From the human T2T-CHM13v2.0 reference genome, Homo sapiens, in assembly GCF_009914755.1 (NCBI RefSeq), contig NC_060925.1: DNA of 64,000 nucleotides, one strand, 5' to 3'. The stretch's first letter is position 1, and the number at the start of each line of letters is the position of its first letter. Under the pieces are notes generated by a model. The model had not been told where the DNA came from. It saw only the letters and a program-made list of their open reading frames with translations, and ran no database searches. A program made the translations under genes and the position numbers. Positions 14,435 through 27,856 of this stretch are shown piece after piece.

Positions 14435-15090
14435 TACCAGGGACTGTTCTTAATGCTTTCTGTATATTAACTTCTTTAATCCTCAGAACAAACCCCATGA
14501 AGACAGTTCTAATATTATGCCTATCTTACAGATGAGAAAACTGAGGCACAAAGAGATTAAGTACGTTACCCAGCATCACAGAGTTACTAAGTGGTAGAGT
14601 TGTGAATCAAACCAAGACAGGCTTTTACCCACCACACTAAACAGCCAAATTAGATTCCCTGGAGAGGTGATTTCAGTAATAAGATGGTTATAAAGAGCAA
14701 AACTTGCTACAGGGTTCTGTCTAAATCATTAAAAACAATAATGTGCATCAAGGTTTTGTACATATGCCTACCAGTGTTAGGCTACGTGCTTTAAATGATC
14801 CCTTGCACTTAATCCTCACAACCACACTATGATATGTTTATCTAGCTGTGTAAATTTGGGCAACTTATTTAACTTCCCTATTTAAGCCTCAGTTTCCTCA
14901 TCAGCTGACGTGGGGAGGATATTCTAGAGTGATTAGCACAGTGTCTAGTACAAAGTAAAGTCTTAAAAAATGTCAGCTATTAATATCATTACTGTTTTTA
15001 GGCTTTAGAAGGATCAAGCAACTTGTTCAAGATGACATATCTTGAAGAGGAAAGAGCTAAGATTTGAACTTAGGTTTCATCAATACCCTA
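14435..15090. mobile_element. MIR cluster: antisense MIR 14435-14640; antisense MIR ~14760-15090 interrupted by a sense MIR ~14842-14990
   Basis: CTTACAGATGAGAAAACTGAGGCACAAAGAGATTAAG (antisense core) and GCCTCAGTTTCCTCATC (sense core). Confidence 0.75.
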
Positions 15091-15269
15091 ACTACAGTGG
15101 TTAAGACTATATTCTTTACTATGCTAAACTGCACTGAATTTTTGCCTGCTGGCCTTTGCCACAATGCTTTGCTCATTGTAGTTATTTTGATAATAATTAG
15201 AGATAGTGATACACTAAAACTAATGTTTTATTTTAATTCTAAAATAATAAACATTTACTACTGATTTTT

Positions 15270-15730
15270 AAAAAAAACACAGGCAAAAGGGAAATATGAA
15301 TCATGCATCATCCCACCTTCCAAAATAACCAGTTACCCTTTCAAAAAACAGGATCATTCTGAAGATACAATTTTATGAACTGCTTTTCTCACTTTGAAAT
15401 ATATTGTGAACAACTTTTCATGTTGATATTCATCAACTGTATCATTCCTAATGTCTCCAGAATATTCCATTGTATGATCAGTCTTCTTTATTGACTGATC
15501 TGAAAAATCAGTCAACAAAGATGTTCACAATATCAAGTTGACTGATAGAAAAGTTATAAATAATATTGATAATTTTTCCATATTTCAAAGAATGCCCCAG
15601 CAAAAATCATAGACCCAAATCTTTGAACATGTTAATGATTATTTACTTAAAATAAATTTATAAAAGTGGAACTACTGGATCAATGGATTTGAATTAGCAG
15701 AATTTTGAGTTGGTATATCCCCAACTGCTC
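15270..15730 (-). mobile_element. Old L1 (L1ME-like) fragment
   Basis: AATATTCCATTGTATG ... AAAAGTGGAACTACTGGATCAATGG, antisense L1M text. Confidence 0.55.
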
Positions 15731-16899
15731 AGCAGCAAAATTCCTTTGTATTATATAACCAAAGAAGATTGTAGGAAAAAAGCTTTTATAGCCATCAGTG
15801 ATTGTTCAATTTTAAGGCTGCACTAAGAAACTTGAATTGCATGAGATGGTCCATGGAAAGTACATAGCGCTTGGCATAGTGTCAATAACATAGCTATTAT
15901 TATAATGAAACCATCATCAAATTTGTTCCATTTGTCATCCCAAATCTTTTTACTACCTAGGATTCCTCTTTAGTTTATTTGGGCCTATTTGAAGTTCTGA
16001 ATCTTGCCCAAGTCTTAAAAACAGGGAAAACTTGAGAATGCTGACAATTGTGAGGTAAAGCAATAGGCTAGGGGTCGGGAGAACTTTTATAATTTTTCCT
16101 CCTGATTCTTTTGTAATCTGGGGCAGGTCTTCCCTGGACCTCAGAGCCTTCACCTATAAAGAGACACTGGATAAGATGACCTCTTTAATATTTCCATTCT
16201 AACTCTTGATACTAAGCTTACCTTAGCCCAATAATTTTTACTGATACCTGTATTTCCTGTATTTTGAATCAAGGTAGATTTTCTTTAGGCAATAGTGGCC
16301 ATTCTCAACAATTCAACTGTTAGTTTCTGAGCCCTAGGAGTAGAATTTTATGAAGGTCAAGGAGGGCCAAACAAGCCACTTTCCCATTTTTAATGATCAT
16401 CCCATTACCTACCACTGAACTAATGTTGTGTTATTCAAACATCTAGCGTGGTTTAAAAGGCCACAGAGTAATGGAAGGGCCAGTAACTATTTTTACGTGA
16501 AATCATAGCTCACAAAGGACTTCGGCATTTTGTTTGGGTCAATTGTTTCCATTTCTCACTTTACTTTGGACATATCTTAGACACCAAACAGCCAAACATG
16601 ACTTGAAGGATCTACTTAAGGTGTCTACATTCCCTGCCAAAGACAAGCCACCTTCTCCATGCTCCTCTCCCCAAAGGGTAAGATTTATTCTAAGGGTTCT
16701 GAATTCGTCACATTTATAAACCCCGTGGGTCCGGCACAGCAATTAACATTGGTCCAAACGGTGTCAGTGAACTTTAGCTGCAAAGAAACTACCTCATTTA
16801 AAATTTAAGCAGACCACAGGGAGTAGCATTGGAGGAAAGAGAGGAGATTTTCTCCTTCAACATTTTGAGCATACTGGAATGCCAACCCCCTAGGTAGGT

Positions 16900-17650
16900 G
16901 CCAGGGCCACCACAGGAACCTGACTCGCAGGAGTCGTCCTCCGTCTCTACGCGAAGCGCCCCCTCGAGGTGGGCAGGGGGTGGCGGCGGCGACGGTGGCG
17001 GAGCCGCAGAGCGAGCTAGAGAGCGAGAGCGGTGAGACTCTGCGGACGTCTTCCCGCCCGCCGCGCTCCGCCCCACCCAGCCTCCGCAGCCTCGGGCCGG
17101 ATCGCCCGGCGGGGAAGATGCGCCTCAAGAACCAGGTAGAAGCGCCTCGGCGCAGGCCCCGCACCCCCGACTCTGCCCGCCCTCTGTTACGGACACCCGC
17201 TGGGCCACGTGGTCGCGACTGGCTTCTCCCAGCGGCCAGCCTGGCCACCCCGACTCCCAGGGAGGGGGAGAGGGCCCTTGCAAGAGGATCCTGCCCCCGC
17301 GCTGCCCAGACCTGAGGGCTCCTGGCGACCCCACCCGCAGCCCATCTGGCGGCTCTGGCCCCGCAGGTCAGGGTCACACCCCTGCCGGCCTCCTGAGACT
17401 TCCCGGCCCCAGGGGAGAGAGCTGAAACTTGGGTTGACGCGCGCCCCCTCCCCAGCGACAGGCGACCCCGCAGCAGCCCCGCGCCACTCCTCTCTGCGCC
17501 TTTCCGTAGTTGTCCTCGAGGTGGCTTTGTTGAACGTCCTGGTGGCGCCAAAAAGTCCAGGCAGCTTCGGGCGATCAGGGTCCCGAGGCGCTGGGCGCGC
17601 GGACTTGGATCCTCAGGGGGCCCCTCTGTGTGACTTTCGCTAATTGTCTC
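16900..17650. promoter_or_regulatory. CpG island / promoter of the + strand gene
   Basis: Abrupt switch to very GC- and CpG-rich sequence in an otherwise CpG-depleted AT-rich window; GC box CCGCCCC at ~17068; no repeat signature. Confidence 0.92.
16980..17135 (+). other. SYTL2: First exon, probably 5' UTR (TSS approximate), ending at donor CAG|GTAGAA; resembles SYTL2 (synaptotagmin-like 2) exon 1
   Basis: Lies within the CpG island and ends GAAGATGCGCCTCAAGAACCAG|GTAGAA. Gene name is from recall of the SYTL2 mRNA 5' end and its long (~50 kb) first intron, consistent with no coding exon in the next 47 kb. Not verified by alignment. Confidence 0.55.
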
Positions 17651-18473
17651 ACAGGGAGGGCAGCACCCTCCCCTATCTTTCCTCTATTACACCCCGCTGT
17701 GGACCTGGGACTTGGGTATTTCTAGACGAGATTGGGAAGGCGCGTGTGTTACACTAAGCAGTGCTCATGTTTAGCTGAGGAAGAAGGAGCCTCAAGTGTT
17801 CGTAGGGTGTACCTGTGTATGTTGTAATTGTTGCCTCTCTTTGGGCTGGGGGCTGTTATACATGTAGGATTTAGTAAACACAGGTCTTGAAGTCTTGAAC
17901 CTGCAGGAGACTCATTTGTTTCTACAAGGAGAGAACCTCCCCTCCCCCAACATATGTTAAGGGACTTGAGGAGACCACAGGGAAACCGAAGGGAGGGACT
18001 TCTAGAAAACAATTCCAGGTTTGGGGGAAAATGAGTCATATTGATTCCCAAGCTGTTAGCCAATACCACTCAAGGGTAATAATTTTCATAAAATCTTCCC
18101 ACTGGGGACTTAAATACAGGGCTCCACAACACAGTTTGTTGAGAGCTCTCTGGTGCCTTTAAGCCTATCCATGCCCCTTACCTAAATGCTTTAATTTAGT
18201 AGAGCTCCTTGAGAAGCTGCCTCACATTATCCTCCTGCATTTGTGCGCCTAGCTTTTAATATTTTATAATACTTGCAAATTGACACTGAACAAGCTTTAA
18301 CCTCCATCATTTCAGAATAAGTTTGATGTTTTAAGTGAGATGTGAATGGAACTCCATTCATGAGGGAAGTAGTCTGTGTGAAGTGTTTTGTAAATGTGAG
18401 TGGGTTGAGTTTAAAACACTGAATAAAATTAACGTAACAAGGAATCAAAAGGTTCAATCCAGATGTTTGCCTC

Positions 18474-18561
18474 CTTGCTTCTTCAATAAAGTGACAGTAC
18501 AATGCTGCATGACACCACTTGCTTCCTTAATAAAGTGACAGTACAATGCTGCGCGGCACCT
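18474..18561. repeat. 44-bp tandem duplication (2 copies, 38/44 identical)
   Basis: CTTGCTTCTTCAATAAAGTGACAGTACAATGCTGCATGACACCA / CTTGCTTCCTTAATAAAGTGACAGTACAATGCTGCGCGGCACCT. Confidence 0.95.
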
Positions 18562-18979
18562 CTCCTTTCAGTTTTTAGGTAGGGTAGACTGTGGCACTGT
18601 GGCTTATGGGGTCAACCATGAGCAAGTGGATGGCTGGATTCCTTCCATTCATTTTTTAAAGCACTAACAAAATCCTTGGGGCCGATGGGGTTGTGACCCA
18701 CCCACCTATACAGAGGATTTTCCTCCTCTACTAACTACTCTAGAAATACATGAGGGATTTACATGCAGGTTTTTAGTTGAAGAACTAAAGTAATCCTCTT
18801 TAGTTATCATTAGTATTAGCCTCTGAAACCTTTACTTGCTTGCTAAGATAAGGTACTTGGGTGTGGGTTGTAATAGAGGTGGAGTTGTGAGTTAGAGCTG
18901 GTGGCCTTACTAATTCCTCTACTTACTGTGTGCTTTGGGTTGACAGAAAACTCCTTAGCATTTGTGTAAGTGCAATATA

Positions 18980-19200
18980 GTTTAGCATGAGAGATTTTAA
19001 ATTAGATATTCTTGGTTCCGGTCTGACCTCACCACTCAGTAGTTATGTGACTTGCATAATTAATTTTTTGGTCCTTCCTGCCACTTTTTTCGCCATAGAT
19101 ACATGGGGTTAATACCAACCTCGTAAAGTTGACATGAGAATTAATATTATATATGTACAGTGCCTGCCATATGGGCATTCAGTAAATACTGCTATTATCA
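18980..19200 (+). mobile_element. MIR
   Basis: Degenerate MIR ending CAGTGCCTGCCATATGGGCATTCAGTAAATACTGCTATTATC. Confidence 0.65.
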
Positions 19201-19254
19201 ACCAAACATAAACAGTAGCTATTACCACCATTGCTACTACATCTGCTTAAAAAT

Positions 19255-19445
19255 GGCTCCTTGTAGTTGGGGAGGGAGATTTGGCTACAAAGGGACAGGA
19301 GGGAGCTCACTGGGGTGACTGAAATATGCTTTATCTTGATTGGGGTGTTGGTTACAAAGGTATATCCATTTGTCAAAACTCATCAGAGTGAACCTTTATG
19401 ATCTGTGCATTTGATTTTATGTGCATTATATATCAATAAAGTTCA
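19255..19445 (+). mobile_element. L1M 3' terminal fragment
   Basis: TATCTTGATTGGGGTGTTGGTTACAAAGGTATATCCATTTGTCAAAACTCATCAGAGTG...TCAATAAAG. Confidence 0.8.
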
Positions 19446-20732
19446 TGCTTAAAATTAACATCCAGATGTGTTAAGTACATGCCTTTGGGAGGCCTAATTC
19501 TGCATAATAGCATACCTTCTTCGTAAGTTTATCCTGAGCCACAGGAAAGTTAGAGAAGGTGCTTTAATTTTTCAGGTTGATGTCAGGAGTGATGGTCCAT
19601 GGAAAAAAGTGATTGTCTTGTGCCAAGATTATATTTAATTTGGTACTAGTTTTCATTAGTAGCTTAAAAAAAATTGAAATGTTTTATTTGAGCAGTACTG
19701 CTCATTTGCATAATATGATAATGGATATTATAATATCCATCCATTATTCACAGTTGCTGAAAAATCATAGTGATTTTGCATCCCTTTTCCTGCTTTCAAT
19801 AAATTCTATGCATTGTTTTAGCTAAGTGAAATATGTAAAGTGTGTTTAGCACAGTACCAGGCACATGGTAAATACTGATACATGCTAGCTGTTAGTTTTT
19901 AAGTTGATATATTCAAATTCATCTTTTTTATAGGGCAGAATCAACACTATATAGATTATAATATCAATCTATCGTAAATATGCTGTTAAAAGTTTTTGAG
20001 GTAGAAACAAGCCAAAAATTATTAATAAAATGTTGTAAAACTGAAATCTCACTTATCTAAACTTAGTAGTCATGAACTTTTTACAACATTATGTCTTGGG
20101 AATATAGGCAAATCTGTGAGGGAAGCAAAAACTTTTCTCAAAAGCAAACATATATCCACAAAGAGTATGCTAACTCATTTACTTAGAGGCAAGCTCCTCT
20201 CATATTCCCTCAAGCCTTTTTATTTTTACTTCAGACATAGTTCTAACATGTTTAGTTCCTTAGTTTCTCAGCCTATAGTAGTTTAGAAGCCTTGCTAGAT
20301 ACAAGTTTCAAGAAATATTAGCTGAATGTAAGGGGCGAATGAATTATAAAGATAAGACATGAGAAATCAGTCTTATTCTTGGGCCAAAGTAAAACTTGAA
20401 TTAGAGTACTGAATAGTATTGCTGATTTATTGGACATTTTAATTTTTATTCTTTAAAAAAGTTAAATTGTATATTCTCTCTAAAAAGTGGGGCAGTATAT
20501 AATGATGTATTTTAGAAACATTTCCATCTGATAGGATTAGATTACAAACTTAGGCTTGTTAAGGGCAAGCTTCAGTTATCTGGATATCTTACTTAATGTG
20601 GAATGACTTATTCACTCATGGTACTGCATAAATGAGGCATCTATCAACTTGTGATTTTTTTATTGGGAACTGGATTTTTAAAATCTATTTCATCTTTTGA
20701 TAGAACAATATGATGAGATGAATCATACATAG

Positions 20733-21107
20733 AGTATTAGTTTGCTAGGGCTGCCATGACAAATATCACAGACTGGGAGGCTTAAACAACAAAAATTTAT
20801 TTTCTCACAGTTCTGGAGGCTAGAAGTTCAAGATGAAGGTGTTAGCAAGGTTGTTATTCTGAGATCTGTCTCCTTGGCTTGTAAAATGGCTGTCTTGTCT
20901 ATCTCTTCATATGTTCTTTGCTCTGTTTACGGCCTAATCTCTTCTTTAAGAATACCAGTCCTGTTGGATTAGGGCCCACTCACATGACCTCCTTTTACCT
21001 TAATTACTTTTTTAAAGGCCCTATATGAAAATACAGTCACATCCTGAGATACTGGGGGTTAGCACTTCAACATATGAATTTGAAGGGACTTAATTTAGCC
21101 AGTAACA
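20733..21107 (-). mobile_element. MaLR solo LTR (MLT1A/B-like)
   Basis: GTATTAGTTTGCTAGGGCTGCCATGACAAA...TTCTGGAGGCTAGAAGTTCAAGATGAAGGTG...GTAACA; TSD CATAG/CATGG. Confidence 0.9.
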
Positions 21108-22292
21108 CATGGTTTTAGTAAAAAGCTGTATTGATTCTTTCAAAATAATTCAGCATGCAGAATATGAAACAGGTGAGATTTTAATTCTTGTTTTAGAACA
21201 GTTCAATTTGGATTTACATGTGAGAAACCCCAAAATACTCATCATGTACCAACACACACACATACAGATACACCTACACATACACACCCCACACTTTTTG
21301 TGTGTAAAGCTGATTATAACTGAAGCTGAGTTAGGGTCATTGTCCAAGCTGAGTTTAATCTGTGATAAGGTCCACTAGCAATGTCTTTCATTGATCAAAA
21401 AAGACAGCTGTGCAGTAGCTTCCTAATCTTTCTAGTTTTATAGTATCTTAGGTGATGGAAGCAGAAGGTTTGACTTTCTCAGAAGAAACCATTTACCACT
21501 TTGATACTTTCATACCCCCTTGTCATTTGAGCTCTTTGACCCTCTGGTATCTCTGAAACAAAATAATTATACTAATCCCTTGATGCATCTTTTCCACATA
21601 TTCAAACCATGAATTTATGGACCAAAATTTGCCACACAAGCACCTTTGTTCACTCAAATCAGAGTCTGGCAATAGTTTACTCAGAGGAACCTAAACTGCC
21701 TACTACACAGTTTATTCTCCTCACTAGTTTGAAGTTCATCTCTGTTCCACATGTTCATGCATCAGAGTATGATATTTTATCCAAAGAAAAGAAAAAACTG
21801 CTAAACTTATGTTGTGCAAAAATGACTCCCAAAAACCCTATGTGTGTTACTGTTACTACCAGTTTGTGCTAATTTGCACAGCCTCTGAACAACTGGCAAA
21901 GTGGCTAGTGTTGACATTGCAACTGCTACGGAGTTCCCAGTTGCTGTAGGAATTTTTAAATTTTATTAGTATAATAACAGAGTTTACAGTTATTCACAGT
22001 ATGTTAATTGCAAACGCTTATTATCTATAGTACCAGCTTGATACTTGATCTTATGTTTCTTTTAATAGAAATACTGCAGCTTTTACTTTTCATTGTAATG
22101 AAGGTTAATCATCACTATGAATTTTCACCTATGAGCAACAATTTTGCAACAAGTTATAGTTGGGGTGAGTCTATTATATTTAAAATATAACACCAAAATA
22201 GCTTCTTTTTGTACTTTTAATACTTCCATTGACAAACAATTGCTCATGTCTCTGAGCCTCCTACAACCATTTCAGATGACTGATGGATGATT

Positions 22293-22583
22293 GGTTTTTG
22301 TTTTTTATGTTTTGTGTTTTTGAGACGGTCTTGCTCTGTCACCCAAACTGGAGTGTAGTGGCATGGTCACAGTTCACTGTAGCCTTGACCTTCTGGGCTC
22401 AAGCAATCCTTCAACCTCAGCCTCCTGAGTAGCTGGAACTACAGGTTCACGCCACCAAGCCTAGCTAATTTTTGCATTTTTTTGTAGAGACAGGGTCTCT
22501 CTATGTTGCCCAGGCTATTCTCAAACTCCTGGCCTCAAGTGATCCTCCCACCTCAGCCTCTCAAAGTGCTGGGATTATAGGCA
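22293..22583 (-). mobile_element. Alu (AluJ-type)
   Basis: Antisense Alu with J-type text (TTCTGGGCTCAAGCAATCC, TTGTAGAGACAGGGTCTCTCTATGTTGCCCAGGCT). Confidence 0.95.
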
Positions 22584-22594
22584 AGATTGATTGA

Positions 22595-23040
22595 TAGATT
22601 CAGTGAATGTTTATTGAGTGTCTGGTATGGACCTGGCCCAGTTGTAGCTGTTTAGGATGTATCAGTGAACAAAACTCAGCTATCCCTGTCAGCAAAGGAA
22701 CAAGAGAAAGTAGACATTAAAAATAACCATAATCAAGAAGTGCGTCATAGAGCACGTTAGACAGTTATAAATGCTATGTGGGAAAAAAAATAGAGTAAGA
22801 TAAAGAGGGATAAGGATTCCAGTGGAGGATTGCAGTCTTGAATACAGTAGGCCTCACTGGTAAGTGATATTTGAACAAAACTTGATGAAGATGAAGAAGT
22901 TTTAGTTGTGTGGCTATCTGGGGGTTATAAGCAGAGGGAACAGCCAGGGCAAAGGCCATATGGCAGGAGTATACCTAGAGGGGTTCAAGTTACAGCAAGG
23001 AGGTCAGTGTGGCTTGAGAGGAGTGAGCAAGGAGGAAAAC
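22595..23040 (-). mobile_element. L2 fragment
   Basis: ATTCAGTGAATGTTTATTGAGTG...CAGAGGGAACAGCCAGGGCAAAGGCC...CAGCAAGGAGGTCAGTGTGGCT. Confidence 0.85.
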
Positions 23041-23671
23041 TATTGTAAATTGAGTTATAAGTTTTATATACTGAGTAAATGTTGACGTAAATATTGTCTA
23101 CCAGTAAGTAGATGCTTAGCATAGTGATTCTCTCCAAATGCTTGTTGAATGTTTCTTTGGCAAATGAATTTGTGCTTATAAGAACTGGTTCTGAAGTGCA
23201 ATAGAAAATGGACTTCTGCTAATTCTGCTGCTGGCAGAAGTTAGATTAGGATCTGGAAAAGGGAGGAAGGCAGGAAAACAACCTGGTAGATGCTGATGTG
23301 TAGGTGTCTGAGTCCTGCCCAACTATTGTCACTCCCATCTTGCCAGGGGAATTAATTTTTCACTTATTTAATACTGAAAATTCCCTTTTCTGTTTGATTT
23401 TTGTCCTCATGATTGGAACTTTTAACCAGAAAGAATAAATTCCAGTGTAAAGAATATACTAGATTTAAAAGTGTGAGATCTGTCAACCTTAGAAGACTCA
23501 TACCATAGATTGGTATTATTCTTTTTTGTTTATTTCTTATAGGATAGACCTTATAATTATTATATTTGTGTATTTTGTTTACAGTTTACAAAGTATTTTT
23601 ACATATATTAATATTATTAATTTGATCCTCACAGCAAATCTATGTGAGAGGTGGACAGCCATTATTAAGTT

Positions 23672-24101
23672 TTGGGCTGAGTATCTTTCATTTGCCCTTG
23701 AGATGTTACTCTCTACCCTTTTCCCAATCCTTTCTGTGGCCTTAGGGCTGACCTTCATAGCTTCATCAACAAGCTCCCTTGCACTCTTGCTTCTGGAAGG
23801 ATTCAGCCAATACGGAGCACTTACAGGATATCTCAGACAGAAGAAAAGTGAGTTTGGAATATTTACTTCTCCAGCTCCCTCCCTTCCAGGTTACTGGCTA
23901 GCAGTGGCTAGCAGTGGCTGCGTGGAGGCCACATCACCTATCCAATCTACAGCTACAGCTTTCTCTCTCTCTATGGGTTCTCTCAAGATCTAGGGCTGGG
24001 TCTCCACTGTTTCTATCTTCAATGACTTATCTTCATTAAATCCTGCGCAATTTCCCTTTTTGAATATGCCTTCTGTTTCCTGTTGAGACCCTGACCAAGA
24101 C
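23672..24101 (+). mobile_element. ERVL solo LTR (LTR33-like) inserted in an antisense MIR
   Basis: CTCCCTTGCACTCTTGCTTCTGGAAGGATTCAGCCAAT...TGCCTTCTGTTTCCTGTTGAGACCCTGACCAAGACA; MIR text on both sides. Confidence 0.75.
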
Positions 24102-24214
24102 ACCACTTTAAAAACGACAGTCTTGGAGAAGTTGGATGACTTGCCCAATAATAGATATCCAGTAAATGACAAGAATAGGGACTTAAATCCTGGTTTTGTG
24201 ACTTCAAAGCATGA

Positions 24215-24550
<336 letters not shown>

Positions 24551-24642
24551 AATCAATTTTAAATATACCACAAAGGAACTTATCCCAACTGGTGGATAGT
24601 GTTGAAAAAATCTTTCTACTTTGACCTTCAAAATTCTATATA

Positions 24643-24686
24643 GGCCAGGCACGGTGCCTCACGCCTGTAATCCCAGCACTTTGGGA
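24643..24686 (+). mobile_element. Alu 5'-end remnant (first ~44 nt only)
   Basis: GGCCAGGCACGGTGCCTCACGCCTGTAATCCCAGCACTTTGGGA, then non-Alu sequence. Confidence 0.9.
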
Positions 24687-25289
24687 CGATCAACAAGTTA
24701 TTTATTGAGCAAATGACTTAGTATGAGGCTCCTTCAACGAAAACCTTTACAGGAAAAGTTTTGAAGTTGTGCTGACTTGAGTTAAAATTTCAGAGAGGTA
24801 GGGTGGAGATGGGAGTAAGGAGAAAATAAAAAGCAAAAGTTCTGAGTAGTCATCAACTGCAGACTGCCTAAATAGGAAGTCTACACCAGGAAGTCATGTT
24901 TTTGCTGCTGGAGGTTTGAGTAGGACTCTGTATAACTTTGCTCTCTTATGCAACTTGTGATTGATCTGGGTTAGTTGGCTCTGCTGCTATTATAAAAGGG
25001 ATTTCCTTTTCTTTCCCTGGAGATTGGGTGCCCATCTTTTTCCCTACATTTCTGATAGTAAAGGTCTTTTTATTCTCACAGCATGAGTTTCTGGACAAAG
25101 GGTCATCTGGGAAGCAAAAGTTGAGGATCTTACTCAGGTCACTGGAACTAGTGTTCTAGAAGTGCCTGGTGCATGATGGTAATAATATAAGTCACACCCC
25201 AAGTTTGTATTACTAATAAGAGTTTTGTACTACAAACTTTCCCTGTCTGTTCTTGTTGAGGGGGAAATGGCACTGAGTGTAATACTGTA

Positions 25290-26772
<1,483 letters not shown>

Positions 26773-27571
26773 TACTATAATATGATGTCAAGTTACCATG
26801 TTGTTTGGGACATATGACAAGAACAGAGCTCAAGAAACTTTTGTATACATGGGACAATCTTGTGAGTTGAAATAATATTTCTCTCACCTTCAAGGGTGTG
26901 ATTTATTCTTTTTGGGTATAAATTATGCAAGCAAAGCTAGAGTATTCTTACAATAAAATAATTTTAAAAGACAGCACCGAAACATTTTTCCAAATTAAAG
27001 GAAGCTTGAGTTATTTTTTTCTGATTTTTGAAATGGAAGAACCAGTCCACGGGGGGAAGTGATCAGAGTAAACTAAAATTTAGTGCTATGTCCCTCTAAT
27101 CACAAAGTGGTGTCATATAGGGGTCACAGTGGACCATGATCTGCTTTTATAGATAAATGATGTTCTGTGGGAGACGTTCTCCAATTCATAAGCTAGAGAA
27201 CAGATTTAAATTTACAAAACCAAATTGGGATAACCAGTACTGTAAACACTGTCATTATAACCATGGAGCACTAGATTGATGTGAGATGGATTGACATTCA
27301 GCAGGGGTAAGGACAGGATAGGATATATAGGAGGAAACCAAACCACAAAAAAATTAAATGGGAAATTTTGAAAGGGGCAGCATTCTTACCTTATGTTTCT
27401 ATAGCACCCTTTCACTTTTCTTTTACACTTATCCACATGGAAAGGTTGTTATAAAGGGAGCATGAAAATTGAAGATTAAAAAGTAAAAATGACTTCACTT
27501 GACTAGCCTAAAGAAAAAAAAAAAGTAAAAATGGACCTCCGCATTAATGGTAAGAATTCTAAGATAATTCC

Positions 27572-27856
27572 TTTTTTTTTTTTCCTGACAGTGTCTTACT
27601 CTGTCACCCAGGCTAGAGTACAGTGGCACGATCAGGACTTACTGCAGCCTCCACCCCCCAGGCTCAGGTAATCCTTCCACCTCAGCCTCCTTAGTAGCTA
27701 GGACTATAGGCATGCACCACCATGCTTGTATTTTTTTTTAGAGATGAGGTTTCCCCATGTTGCCCAGGCTGGTCTCAAACTCCTGGGCTCAAGCAATCCA
27801 TCCCCCTGAGCTTCCCAAAGTGCTGGGATTACAGGCATGAGTTACCGCACCTGGCC
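27572..27856 (-). mobile_element. Alu (AluJ-type)
   Basis: Antisense Alu; flanking repeat A(A/G)GATAATTC. Confidence 0.93.

Noticed and set aside
16714-16720. TATAAA upstream of the CpG island
   Set aside because: About 270 nt upstream of the likely TSS region, too far for a core TATA box unless an unseen upstream start exists
16798-17643. Long overlapping ORFs in the CpG island (248 aa minus, 144 aa and 111 aa plus)
   Set aside because: Low-complexity Arg/Gly/Pro/Ala frames are expected from stop-codon scarcity at high GC; most start at non-ATG codons and none resembles a domain I recognise
18474-18561. Direct repeats that could be mistaken for a CRISPR array
   Set aside because: Only two head-to-tail units with no unique spacers and no cas genes, in primate DNA
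23526-23993. 155-aa hydrophobic ORF suggesting a membrane protein
   Set aside because: It spans AT-rich MIR and LTR33-like sequence; hydrophobicity reflects T-richness, and there is no exon support
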